A DNA stretch of 63,745 nucleotides, filler included, from Octopus bimaculoides (GCF_001194135.2; 5 parts of 5 records of this genome joined end to end with filler, not necessarily neighbours in it), one strand, 5' to 3'. Shown: positions 37,678 through 50,769, counted from the first letter of the whole stretch. Notes: a model not told the origin generated them from the sequence alone. Numbers and translations are program-made.

Positions 37678-37860
37678 CTAACCCTGATTACATATTGCTT
37701 CATTTCATGTTGCTGTAAATGGGCAACCCTGCAACATAAGCAACCTCCTGATCAAGGAGAATGTTGGTATCATTTGAAAGCTAAAATGATGCAAAGTGCA
37801 TTGTGACCAGCGATGTATAACAACATCCATTAGTCTAGTTGAACACATGATAATGATCAT

Positions 37861-37897
<37 letters not shown>

Positions 37898-38150
37898 TTG
37901 CTATTATTATCCAAAACGTCGCTTTTTCAGAAAACAAATATAGTCTCACCATTCCATTTTCAGTTTTACATTAGCAACAGTTTTAGCTTAACAATAATAC
38001 TTTGTTGGGTGAATAAAATCATAACTTCATGCATGTATGATATTTTCAGTCAGAAATATTTTTGCAGAACTGTCGTATGTGGGGCTTACTACACTTTTGA
38101 AAAATGGTAAACTGTTGTACTATACTTTGATAATATTCATCTGAAGCTAC

Positions 38151-38237
38151 CAGAGAAACAATAGTTTGACCAAAAGAACCGGCTATTGCAAGCAAAATTA
38201 AATATTGCAAGAAATGCATTTGGCCAAATTTGGACAT
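38151..38237 (-). CDS. Candidate signal-peptide exon of the chitinase-like gene
   Basis: MSKFGQMHFLQYLILLAIAGSFGQTIVSL looks like a secretion signal on the right strand and upstream. The only phase-1 donor (G|GTCAAA at 38171) is weak, and the segment lies between two scaffold linkers. Confidence 0.3.
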
Positions 38238-38277
38238 ATGACAGTTTAACATAATAGCAATAATATATATATATGTC

Positions 38278-38337
38278 CAACCCATGCTAGCATGGAAAGC
38301 GGACGTTAAACAACGATGATGATGATAATGATGATAC
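38278..38337 (+). mobile_element. RTE 3'-terminal fragment
   Basis: ccaacccatgctagcatggaaagcggacgttaaacaacgatgatgatg is the reverse complement of the RTE end motif. Confidence 0.7.
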
Positions 38338-38418
38338 ATATAAGAGGGATGACCACTAAGTGGACATCCAATCTGCTAGATGTAGAGTCCATATTTAAAT
38401 ATTTAAATCTATATTCAA

Positions 38419-38454
<36 letters not shown>

Positions 38455-38456
38455 AT

Positions 38457-38875
38457 AAGGCGAGCTGGCAGAAACGTTAGCATGCCAGGCGAAACGCTTA
38501 GCGGTATTTTGCCTGTCACTACATTCTGAGTTCAAATTCCACTGAGGTTGACTTTGCCTTTCTTCCTTTCAGGGTCGATAAATTAAGACTGGCCCTCCCC
38601 CCAAATTTCGGGCCTTGTGCCTGTAGTAGAAAGGATTATTATTATTATTACTATTATTATTATTAGTATTATCATTATTATTATTAGGACATTGAGCTGA
38701 TAGAGGTGTTTGCACATTGGTAAGAATGCTTAGCAGCATTTCTTCTGGTGCTTTACGTTCTGATTTCAAATACCACCAATGTCAATAAAACAGACTACCA
38801 ACAAAGCACAGTGGTTGACGTAATTGACTCACCCCCTCCCCTCAAAATTTCTGGCGTTGTGCCAAAATTCAAAAG
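38457..38875 (+). mobile_element. Two tandem SINE family A copies
   Basis: ggcgagctggcagaaacgttagc...gagttcaaattcc; (ATT)n spacer at 38635-38685. Confidence 0.75.
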
Positions 38876-39194
38876 GATATTAAAATCCATTTGTAATATG
38901 GTGGACAGGGAGAATCATTAAAGTGTCATTAGACAAAATGCCGAGCAGTATTTAGCTGCAAGTCTTTATGTTCTGTACGCAAACCCCACCGGGGGTCAAT
39001 GTTGCCTTGATTTACAAATGGTAGAACCATTTAAGTATTGGACAAAATTGCCTTTTGCAGTATTTTAAAGTCCTGTGTTAAAATACCATTGAGGTCGGCT
39101 TTGCTTTTCATCCTTCACAGGTTGGTGATATTACAGCACCAGTCATGTAAAGTCGTTTGTGTTCCTATAATGCATCCTTAATGTGAAAGGAATT

Positions 39195-39487
39195 ATAAGA
39201 GTGGTGGTAGTAGTAGTAGCAGCAGTAGTGGGGGCGGTAGTAGTAGTAGTAGCAGTGGGGGTGGTAGTAGTAGCAGTGGTGGTGATGGCAGTAGTGGTGG
39301 TGGTGGTGGTAGCATGATGATGATGATGATGATGAGGAGGAGGAGGAGGAGGAGGAGGAGGAAAAGAACAGAAGGAATAGGAGGAGGCAGAGGCAGAGAG
39401 GGAAGAGGAGGAGGGAGAGGTGGAGGAGGAAGAGGCAAAGAGGGAAGGGGAGGAGGTGGAGGAATAGGCAAAGGAGGAGGTGGAAGC
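39195..39487. repeat. (GTA)/(GAT)/(GGA) compound microsatellite
   Basis: Seen directly. Confidence 0.9.
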
Positions 39488-40257
39488 NNNNNNNNNNNNN
39501 NNNNNNNNNNNNNNNNNNNNNNNNNNNNNNNTTAATTAATTAANNNNNNNNNNNNNNNNNNNNNNNNNNNNNNNNNNNNNNNNNNNNGGGGGGGGGGCAA
39601 CACATACGCCATAGAAACCGTGGAACCGGGCTCATGAGCCTGGCTAGGCTTTAAAAGGGCAGGGCAAAAAATAGTTTTCTAATTAGATATAGGCTGGGCA
39701 ATATTATGGTCGCAAATTTTAGAAACACTAGAAAAATGATTTTAAGTCCGATACTGTTTTCTTACATAAAATTACCTAAAACCGCTACATTTTATTGGTC
39801 TTCTTTCTCACTATATTAAGCGTGGCTAGGTGGTAAGGAGTTTGATTGACCAACCACATGGCTCTGTGTTCGGTCCCACTCCGTTGTACCTTGAGCAGAT
39901 ATCTACTACTACGTATGGATTTGGTAGACGGAAACTGAAAGAAGCCTGCCTTATATAAATATATGTGCATGTGTGTCTGTTTGTGTGTGTGTATATGTAT
40001 GTATACATGTATGCATATATATATAGAGAGAGAGATAAATAGATAGATATATAGATAGATAGATAGATAGATATAGATAGATAGACATATATACACATAT
40101 ATACATACACACACATATATATATATACATATATGCATACATATATATATATATATAGAAGGAATTTACAAAAAAATGAACAAAAACAAAAGACGAAGAC
40201 GTGTGTGTAAACAACAAACAGATGTATTAGTTTAACGCTCGGGAAGTGAGAGAGTGT

Positions 40258-40290
40258 TTTACGTTTTGAGCTTACGCTCCTCAACAGAAA
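40258..40290 (-). ncRNA. Degenerate minimal hammerhead in a PLE-derived repeat
   Basis: Minus strand TTT-CTGTTGA-G-GAGC[GTAA]GCTC-AAAA-CG-TA-AAA; A6 and G12 are altered. Confidence 0.4.
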
Positions 40291-40408
40291 GGAACGCAGA
40301 AATAAACGGGGGAGAAAATAAAGAAAAGGCTTAATGGCTAGCGATCAATCATGGTGAATACCAGACAGACGTGGTCAGACAGGAGAGCTAGGAAGAAGGG
40401 GATACATG

Positions 40409-40447
<39 letters not shown>

Positions 40448-40729
40448 NNNNNNNNNNNNNNNNNNNNNNNNNNNNNNNNNNNNNNNNNNNNNNNNNNNNN
40501 NNNNNNNNNNNNNNNNNNNNNNNNNNNNNNNNNNNNNNNNNNNNNNNNNNNNNNNNNNNNNNNNNNNNNNNNNNNNNNNNNNNNNNNNNNNNNNNNNNNN
40601 NNNNNNNNNNNNNNNNNNNNNNNNNNNNNNNNNNNNNNNNNNNNNNNNNTATGCATGTATGTATGTATGTATGTATTCATGTATGTGTATGTATATATGT
40701 GTATATATGTATATACACACACACACATG

Positions 40730-40778
40730 ACGATGATGATCATGTCGGCGATGATGATCAAGACGTTGCTGCTGCTGT

Positions 40779-40810
<32 letters not shown>

Positions 40811-40886
40811 ATGATGATTATGATGTTGCTAATATCAGTTCCATTTTCCATTATTCACATCCTTTTACATAAGAATGTTAATAATA

Positions 40887-40932
<46 letters not shown>

Positions 40933-40934
40933 TG

Positions 40935-40982
<48 letters not shown>

Positions 40983-40994
40983 GTAATGATAATG

Positions 40995-41061
<67 letters not shown>

Positions 41062-41072
41062 TAATAATAATG

Positions 41073-41120
<48 letters not shown>

Positions 41121-41200
41121 CAATGATAAATCATATTTTAATCTGAATAATTTCTCTACTACTGCAATAAATGTTAATATTTTTTATTCTTTTGTTAATA

Positions 41201-41244
<44 letters not shown>

Positions 41245-41915
41245 TTAGTTGTTTGTTGTTATTGTTGCTGCCGTTGTCTGCCTTGTAATTGTTCGTAGCG
41301 CTTGCGTTCCTATTGTTAAGTTCCTCATTCTTCATAACACCTTCCTCCGCCTGCTCCTTCTCCTTGTTCTCCTCCTCCTCCTCCTCCTCCTCCTTATCAA
41401 TTTCGCCACCACTACCACCAATATCATCACCATCATCACCAAAACGGCCACTGCCACCACCATCATCAGAAAGACTACCTCCAGCAGCATCACAACCACC
41501 ACCGCCACCACCACCACCACCACCATNNNNNNNNNNNNNNNNNNNNNNNNNNNNNNNNNNNNNNNNNNNNNNNNNNNNNNNNNNNNNNNNNNNNNNNNNN
41601 NNNNNNNNNNNNNNNNNNNNNNCATCACCACCACCACCACCATAAGTACCACCACCACCACCATAAGTACCACCACAACCATTGCCACAAGTAATACCAT
41701 CGCCACCGCCACTACAACAACCACCTCCACCACCATCATCACTACTACCACCGCCATTACAGTCACGATCAGCATACTCATCTTCATCATCGACACCATC
41801 ACCAATATTTCAACTAACACTAACACTACCACCACCACCACTACCATCGTCATCATCATAATCACTATCACACCACTACAATCATCATCACCACCACCAT
41901 CACCACTACCATCAT

Positions 41916-41946
<31 letters not shown>

Positions 41947-42050
41947 CCATCACCACCACCACCACCACTACTATCATGATTTTCATCATCATCATCATCA
42001 CCACCACTACCATCACCACCAATACCATCGTCATCATCATCATCATCATC
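40730..42050. repeat. (GAT)n, (AAT)n, (GTT)n, (CCT)n and (CAC/CAT)n microsatellite cluster
   Basis: Seen directly; it is the source of the poly-N/I/Y/H/T ORFs. Confidence 0.95.
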
Positions 42051-43074
42051 ATAAATACACCATTTCCATTGAATGAAAGAATATAAAACAAGTAACGGCT
42101 CGAAGAGAAAAAGAGAATAGAGCATTGGAACATTGGAACATTCAACCATAATAACAAATGCAAACCAACAAAGATTGATTCCAAAGAATAATAGCCAGGC
42201 GATAAACTGATGCAAAAACAACAACAACAACACCAACTATAACAATAACAGGAAAAGAAGAAGAAAAAAAAAACAGTGAAACAAAACAAATGTGGCGGGA
42301 ACATATGGAATGGAAGTAAACTTGTTTTAAAATGCCATTCCTATTCACATCACGTGGAAATCATGACAAAATAAACGATTACCAATTTAGATATCAATAT
42401 ACGATAATTACTAGGACGAGCGAAAATGTCACTCGTTAAACGACAAATACACGAACAACAATAACAAGAATAAGATAAATACGGTTAACATATTCCTATG
42501 CTTCATTTAGCAAGGAATTGTGTTGAGGTAACGTACTTAGTAAGTAGTTTAAGTGGCTACAAAGTAGTTCACCGTTGATCTTTTTCATTCTTGTATTTTT
42601 CGTTTTTTCCATTTTTGATTTCATTAAATAGTTGTGTCGCATGGAGAAATGGCATAGACTGCAGCCCACATTAACAAATGAAGCATTTGCTATTCAAATA
42701 TGGAAAGAGCTAGCTTTTAGTGGTCATGAACGATGGATTGGTATACGTAGCTGATGAAGCGTAACAACACAGAAATGCATGCATCCTACGCTCCCATGAC
42801 TTCATTCATGTCCTATTTGTATGTTTACACCCGTACTGTCCAGAAAACTTGTGCAGTGTATTATTTTTTCATGTCCGTATTTATACGAACATGTTAAATA
42901 TGACAGTTCTATATTTAATAGATGAGGAATTATGTACATTATTTACATATGCTAGGACACAACAACCTCCTAAGCAGACCGAGTGCAGATATGAATAGCA
43001 TATGGGAACCGATATTAAGGAAGGATAGGAAAATATTAGATTTATAAGCAATAAGATTCACTATTTAATGCCCA

Positions 43075-43145
43075 CTGGCATATGGCGTAGTGGTTAAGAG
43101 CGTGGGCTACTAACCCCAAGATTCTGAGTTCGAGTCCAAGCAGAT
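43075..43145 (+). mobile_element. Isolated tRNA-derived head of the same element
   Basis: ggcatatggcgtagtggttaagagcgtgggctactaaccccaagattctgagttcgagtcc is near-identical to 35769-35830. An inverted tail remnant lies at about 42920-42948. Confidence 0.7.
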
Positions 43146-45129
43146 AAATAGACTAAATATTGTAACACGCCAGACGAGAAGAGAGTTGTCTGTGCCAAAG
43201 TTTAAGAACCCGTTGCCACATTCAAATTTCAAACTGACGGCTGAGGAAGCCTTCAAAGAATCATCTGATAAAACAAGATAAAAGCCTCAAGAAGAAAACA
43301 TTAATATACGTTACATATGTCTGAATTTGTAAAATTAAAGGTTTGTTATTTTCTTCCGCTGGGGCACACGGACACAGGCGTGAAAGCGTCGAACTGAATT
43401 CGTTGCCGCCTTTTTATATACTTCTTCATCTACTGATTTCTAATCTCGACGAGGTCAACTTTCACTTTCAAAATTCCAGGATACCTATCAAACAGTTGGC
43501 TTGCCGCCTTTAAATTTCTTTCAGTTTCTCTCTACCAAATACAATAACAAAATTTGCTTAGCACGAGGGTATAGTAGAACACACCCAAGACGCCACGCTG
43601 TGGGACTGAACCTGGTACCATGTGGTTGCGAATTAACCTTCTTACCACACAGCCACACTGCACTTTCTCAACCGTAATAGAAAGAAGACTTGCCGATTTA
43701 ATCCCACGTCCGGTCTATCACCAACAACCTGGTTTTCGGGCGCCTTTTGAGGAATTCCCCTCACTAAAAGCATTCGAGTCAAGCTTTTTGCCTAAGAATA
43801 ATTTCCTGCCTCCTCCACCCCTACTACTATTCTTGGAGCACTAGATAAGAGTTAATTAAGTGCACTGCTCTTTGTTAATTATTTTTTCTCCCTCACAAAG
43901 TCATTAAAAAGTAGTTCCATAAGAAATATATCATTGGTAGTCAAACCCGAATATTAACAGCAATCATTGGCACAGAAGTAACACATTTTATCGACAAAGA
44001 CACTCACACACACACACAGACACACACACACACACACACATAAGCACACAAACTCACACATTGACACTTACACAGTCATACACATACATGCACACGCACA
44101 CAGTCAAGATGCCAATAGGGAATGAGCATTTAGGCTGGTTCAAACCGAAGCATTAACACACGCGGTTGAAGTAAACAAACCCGAACAAGTGACAAAATAA
44201 GATGGATTGCGAGTTGGCGATGAGATGGATGTAAATAATGATAGATGATGTGTTCATGGGCATACCGACGTGACGTAAGTAGTCTACAGCTACTGGTGTT
44301 GGTCATATGGGGGTGTTGGGGATGAGGTTGCTGTCAGGGAACTCGTACTAGATAAGAAAAATCTAAAACAGGGTGTGGCAGTTTATGTTCGTACATCTAT
44401 GGATGTAAGTGTATGTCTACTTGAATATATAATTTGTGTAAAAATAGATACACACACACACACAAACATATGTATATATATGATTTATATATATATATAT
44501 ATATATATATATNNNNNNNNNNNNNNNNNNNNNNNNNNNNNNNNNNNNNNNNNNNNNNNNNNNNNNNNNNNNNNNNNNNNNNNNNNNNNNNNNNNNNNNN
44601 NNNNNNNNNNNNNNNNNNNNNNNNNNNNNNNNNNNNNNNNNNNNNNNNNNNNNNNNNNNNNNNNNNNNNNNNNNNNNNNNNNNNNNNNNNNNNNNNNNNN
44701 NNNNNNNNNNNNNNNNNNNNNNNNNNNNNNNNNNNNNNNNNNNNNNNNNNNNNNNNNNNNNNNNNNNNNNNNNNNNNNNNNNNNNNNNNNNNNNNNNNNN
44801 NNNNNNNNNNNNNNNNNNNNNNNNNNNNNNNNNNNNNNNNNNNNNNNNNNNNNNNNNNNNNNNNNNNNNNNNNNNNNNNNNNNNNNNNNNNNNNNNNNNN
44901 NNNNNNNNNNNNNNNNNNNNNNNNNNNNNNNNNNNNNNNNNNNNNNNNNNNNNNNNNNNNNNNNNNNNNNNNNNNNNNNNNNNNNNNNNNNNNNNNNNNN
45001 NNNNNNNNNNNNNNNNNNNNNNNNNNNNNNNNNNNNNNNNNNNNNNNNNNNNNNNNNNNNNNNNNNNNNNNNNNNNNNNNNNNNNNNNNNNNNNNNNNNN
45101 NNNNNNNNNNNNNNNNNNNNNNNNNNNNN

Positions 45130-45182
<53 letters not shown>

Positions 45183-45524
45183 GGAGAGACTGAGAAAGTA
45201 ATGGAGATGGATATATATGTGTGTGTATGTGTGTACAGATATGTCATTATACACACTCACACAGACACACATATATAAATGTGAGTGCTGCGAAGCACTG
45301 TGAAATGCCTAGTATTGCTAGCATTAGCTAACCAACAGTATAAGCTATCTATAATTGAACCGTCAAGCATCTTGCTAAGCCATCTTGCGATATTCGACAT
45401 CCCTCCATATTTTCCGCGTGAAGTGCATCATTAAATTTTCGTTCCTTTGTCTCTCAACTATTATCTTGTACGTTATATAAATTGTTATATTATAGCAACA
45501 TTCACTCCTTGAAATATGAAATTA

Positions 45525-46740
45525 ACATCTCAACTTGGCTGCTATTTTATTTATCGATCCCGGAAAAATGTTAAGCAAAGCTGACCGCGGTGAAATTTGA
45601 ACTCTGAATGCAAAGGGACGTAACTATAGAGTTGGAAACAATTTTACGATGCTTTTTATTTCAGCCAATGGATACTGCTAATTGCTAGCTCTTTCGTCCC
45701 CTTCCCATCTCTGTGTTTCATAGCCAGTGTCTGTGACTAATGAGGCGACAACTACTCCGAAATGCCGACATATCACGGTCTAGGTAGGTGGTGCTGCGAA
45801 CTGATCTAGGTGTATCCACACCATTTGTCAACTGCGAGAAATTTTCTCCAGGACAGAACACAGTGAATGGCTTGTTCCCCACTTCGAAATTGCCTCAAGC
45901 ATATCTGAACTGGTTATAACATAGCATAGTTTTATGAGTTTAAATGAACGGAGGGGAGAGACTGTGTGAGAAGGAGACGTGATGTTTGTAAATGACAAAA
46001 TGAAACAACATAAAAGGGCCGGCGACTTAACTTCCAGTGTCGTCATTTACAACATGCAAAATATCTCAGAGATAATTTTTTTCACATGGCTACCTTCGAA
46101 GCGGAAGGACTTTCCAAGTACAAGTGCACTCAAGCATGTTGATATACTTTTCTACTCTAGGCACAAGGCACGAAATTTTGGGAAAGGGGGCCAGTCGATT
46201 AGATCGATCCCAGTACGCAACTGATACATGATTTATTGACCTCAAAAAGATGAAAGGCAAAGTCGACTTCTACGGAATTTGAACTCAGGACGTCGCTCGA
46301 TCTCACAAACAAAAACGGTCACCGCTGCCTCCACAATTTTCCTATGAAATAATTTTATCATTTCTCAGAACGAGGACTGAGTCGATTTTATTTTTGCTAT
46401 TCATGTCTAACCCCAAATCAACTCCTACCGAGCAGAGGCCGATGAACCAAAGCATTCCAGGTTCGACCATACCGTCTTTATATATCTACGAGACTACATA
46501 GACTAAGGTGTTCTTCCATTTTTGCGGAGCTAAATGCTATATTTTGAAGATTTGATTGCAATTTCTAGCAGGTCGAATTGTTTTCTGTCATTAACTTGTA
46601 ATAATATACTTTTCTACTCTATGCACAAGGCCCGAAATTTTTTGGGAGTTGGGAGGCCAGTCGATTAGATCGATCCCAGTATGCAAGTGGTACTTGATTT
46701 ATCGACCCCGAAAGGATGAAAGGCAAAGTCGACCTCGGGC
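45525..46740 (-). mobile_element. Three partial SINE family A copies (45525-45690, 46143-46295, 46605-46740)
   Basis: Shared cgattagatcgatcccagt / aaggcaaagtcgac segments. Confidence 0.7.
45731..45778 (+). ncRNA. Degenerate type I hammerhead fold (G5>A)
   Basis: CTGTGA-CTAATGA-GG..CC-GAAA-TG[CCGA]CA-TA-TCACGG. Stems I and III pair; one core substitution. Confidence 0.5.
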
Positions 46741-47516
46741 ATGTTAATTTTGCTTTACACGAGTATATTTCATTCGACGTTGCTTTATAATTGTTTCAGC
46801 CATTAGACTGTAGCCATGCTGAGCCATCACCTTCTAGGGCCATTAGTCGGATGAATCGACCCCACCCCTCTACTTATTTTTTAAATCTGGGTACTCATTC
46901 TATCGGTCTCTTTTGCCGTATTGCTAATTTATGGGGGCGTAAACACACTAACTCCTATTGTCAAGCGATGATAGGAACACACACATACACAAAGACACAC
47001 TCACACACACACATACACACACACATATATATATATATTTATTTATACGACGGGCTTCTTTCAGTTTCCGTCTACCAAATCCACTGACAGGGTTTTGGTC
47101 AGCCTGAGGCTATAGTCGAAGACACATTCTTATGTTGCCACCAAGTGGGACAGAACCCGGAACCAAATGGTTGAGGAGCGAGCTGCTTACCATACAACCA
47201 CGAAATAGAGGTGCACACGTACACACAAACACGCATGTACATGCGTGAATGAATGAATATATTTCTATAAAAATACGATGAAGGAAATACTTATGAAGCT
47301 TGCGAAAGAAAGAAAAAAGCATTACAAAAAATATCAATTTATTTACAATGAAAATCAAGCAAAATTGGATATCGCCATAAGAACAAGCATTATCCAATTT
47401 TTGCAAAGTTTTAATAGGAAACAGCTGGTGATCTTGTAGAGAGGATGGTGCAATAGGGTTAGTTTCTGGTGTATGATGGGTGTAACGGCTTGTATACTGA
47501 TTTCTATATTTACACG

Positions 47517-47552
<36 letters not shown>

Positions 47553-48099
47553 NNNNNNNNNNNNNNNNNNNNNNNNNNNNNNNNNNNNNNNNNNNNNNNN
47601 NNNNNNNNNNNNNNNNNNNNNNNNNNNNNNNNNNNNNNNNNNNNNNNNNNNNNNNNNNNNNNNNNNNNNNNNNNNNNNNNNNNNNNNNNNNNNNNNNNNN
47701 NNNNNNNNNNNNNNNNNNNNNNNNNNNNNNNNNNNNNNNNNNNNNNNNNNNNNNNNNNNNNNNNNNNNNNNNNNNNNNNNNNNNNNNNNNNNNNNNNNNN
47801 NNNNNNNNNNNNNNNNNNNNNNNNNNNNNNNNNNNNNNNNNNNNNNNNNNNNNNNNNNNNNNNNNNNNNNNNNNNNNNNNNNNNNNNNNNNNNNNNNNNN
47901 NNNNNNNNNNNNNNNNNNNNNNNNNNNNNNNNNNNNNNNNNNNNNNNNNNNNNNNNNNNNNNNNNNNNNNNNNNNNNNNNNNNNNNNNATATATATTTAT
48001 TTATTTATTTATTTATATATATATATATACTTATACACCTACATGAGTGAGAATAATGAAAAGGAAGAAGGAAACCAATGATGGTTAAATGCTGCAGCT

Positions 48100-48108
48100 G
48101 CAGCTTGC

Positions 48109-48153
<45 letters not shown>

Positions 48154-48343
48154 AATGATGGTGGTGGTGGTGGTAATGACAGCGGTGATTGTGTTGACGA
48201 CGACGTCGACGATTATTGCGATAATGGAAATGTTTGCTTCGCTTCTTTCTGGTGGCTGTATTGGCAAGTAAGCATAACAGATGCGGTGACGGCGATGCTG
48301 ATGCTGATGGTGCTGGTGCTGGCGAGGACGGCGATTATAAAGT

Positions 48344-48423
<80 letters not shown>

Positions 48424-48518
48424 GGGTGGTTGTGAGGGTGGTGGTGGTGGTGGTGGTTTTGGTGGTAGTAGTAGTGGTAGTGGTGGTAGTAGAAGTAGTG
48501 GTGGTGGTGGTTGTGGTG
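48100..48518. repeat. (GAT)n, (GCA)n, (GTA)n and (GTG)n compound microsatellite
   Basis: Seen directly. Confidence 0.9.
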
Positions 48519-49194
48519 NNNNNNNNNNNNNNNNNNNNNNNNNNNNNNNNNNNNNNNNNNNNTTAATTAATTAANNNNNNNNNNNNNNNNNNNNNNNNNN
48601 NNNNNNNNNNNNNNNNNNATATATATATATATATATATAGGATAGATTTCTTTCAATAGAAGACCTAATACTACAAAAGAGATGTAATGCTGAAATAGTG
48701 TAAGAGATAAGAGATTGTTCTGGGCTTGCATTAGGCAAGAAGCTGGAAATTTATTTGGACCATGACACTACTTGCACCTTGGCTTTTGCATTTGACGACT
48801 GTTGCTTTAAGTATTTTATTTCAATCTTATGTATATATGTATGTATATATGTATGTATGAGCCAATAAGGGAGACCTCTACATGGTAGCTAGACCTGGTA
48901 GAAATAGCAACCAAATCTCCCTCGAAATACCCTGCTGTCTTAACCGACAATTCTGCCTATTATGTAGTTTGAATGTGAAACTATAACTAATGATTAAGAT
49001 AATTAACCCCAAACTTGGATGGTGTTAAGTAGTGGAGATGTTTGGTGATTGTATGTTGTGGTTATTTTAAACTGTTTCTTCTCAATAAGGATAATTGATT
49101 GATAACGAATCTTAACACAATATATATACAAATTCAAGTGGAATCGGACATCATATGAGGGATAGGGAGAGGAAAGAAGAGAGATAGCTTAGCG

Positions 49195-49482
49195 ACGGTT
49201 TTGGCTGACTGTCATCCTGTACTCCCCTTGTTGCTAACGAAATGGTATGTGCCGGTTGTCTGAGCAAACACATTGCTTTTAATGGCGGAACAAACAGGAC
49301 AAAAAGATTACAAAAATAGCGATTCTCACTTTGAAACTAGCAATTTCGAAAATCTTTTTAGATTACAGAACACCCCGTTCTCTCATGTATCCATGTTTAA
49401 AATTTCAGTGCGATCAGATGAAAAACACTTGAGTTATAAGCACACAAACAGACAGACAGACAGAACGGATTTTATATATTAG
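49195..49482 (-). mobile_element. HINE/DINE-like element
   Basis: The minus strand begins tctaatatataaaatccgtt(ctgt)n...tcatctgatcgcactgaaatttt, the same architecture as 52421. Confidence 0.5.
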
Positions 49483-49499
49483 ATATGTGTGTGTGTTAC

Positions 49500-49555
<56 letters not shown>

Positions 49556-50139
49556 ATACATATATACATAAGTACATTCATAAACTTTATTATTCTCCAC
49601 GATATTTGATATCAACCTAAAATATAATCAGTTACAAAATACACATCTATTGAAAATTACTTTATGTCAATAATGTTTTATGGATTTATGAACCACAGAT
49701 AAGTGGCAGTTTTTGGATTCTAACGCAACTGATAGAGATATATAGAGAGCTAAAAGAAAGAAAGAAATAGAACAGAGAACAAAGGAGTATATAGAAGGAT
49801 ATGTTAAATCTTCTTAACGTGTAGGAACAAAATTTTAAGTTGTAAATCTTAAGGCAATATAGCTAACAATATATACAAAATGTTCACAGCTAGTCAGTCT
49901 GACTTCTTTGAAAGTGACTAGAAAGAGTAAACTAACTGGAAAGTAAGAGACCATTAACAAGGACATTTGAACCCAGCCACACTCTGATACTCTTGTCTTT
50001 GTTGTCAGTATTCTTTGAGATCAAAAATAAGTTTTTATAGCCATCTCAGAGCACAGATAAATTTAATGGAATAAAATTATCTATGTCAAGATTTCTCTCT
50101 CTCTTTCTCTTTCTTTCTCTCCTCTCTCTCTCATTCTCT

Positions 50140-50470
50140 TTAATGAGCAACTACACGATTTCCATAGAGACAGATCCACTAGACCCATACCTTAATCTAA
50201 CCCATCAATGAGCTTTCGCCATATCAAAATTCTATGAAAGCAATGTCCTTGACATCAGTAAAGCTTTCAACTATGTCTGGCATGCAATGCAAATTTTCAG
50301 TCAAAATTTCCCACAGCTGGCTTTAATGCATTTGTCATCATTTGGATTACTAACTTATAATCATTTTGCATCATTATTTGTGTTGAATGAGCTGTTTCTG
50401 CTCCACACACATTCAACTCTGGCGTGCCCCTGTGTCTTTCTTTCTCTTCAATTACCTACTTCTTAGTTGT
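50140..50470 (+). mobile_element. LINE reverse-transcriptase remnant
   Basis: Decayed LDISKAFNYVWH and NSGVP motifs. Confidence 0.6.
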
Positions 50471-50507
50471 TGTCATGTCTAATACTGCAGTTCAGAAAAG
50501 AGCATTT

Positions 50508-50750
50508 AGATGTGGTTAGGTGGGCAGTGTTTAGTTGGGTAAAGTGTTTAGTGGAGTTAAGTGTTTAGTTGACTAAAGTACTTAGTTGTATAAAGTGTTT
50601 AATTGAGTGAAGTTAAGGTTAGTTGAATAAGGTGGTTAGTTGCATACAGAGTTTAGCTGGATAAAGTGTTTAGTTGGGTGAAGTGTTCAGTTGAACAAAG
50701 TATTTGTTTGGGTAAAATGTTTAGTCTGGTAAAGTGTTTAGTTGGATAGA
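50508..50750. repeat. 17-bp minisatellite (about AAGTGTTTAGTTGGGTA), roughly 14 units
   Basis: Consecutive 17-mers cagtgtttagttgggta, aagtgtttagtggagtt, aagtgtttagttgacta, aagtacttagttgtata and onward. Confidence 0.85.
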
Positions 50751-50769
50751 AGGTTTTCAACTCTATATT

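Noticed and set aside
40865-42304. Poly-Asn/Ile/Tyr/His/Thr ORFs, including a mucin-like T-rich one
   Set aside because: Microsatellite translations in all frames and both strands; no credible splice sites tie them to the chitinase.
42751-42790. CTGATGA...GAAA as a hammerhead (also 63286-63301 minus and 22390-22432 minus)
   Set aside because: Stems I-III cannot be paired consistently.
50508-50750. Interstitial telomeric repeat
   Set aside because: The period is 17 bp and TTAGG(G) does not recur in tandem.
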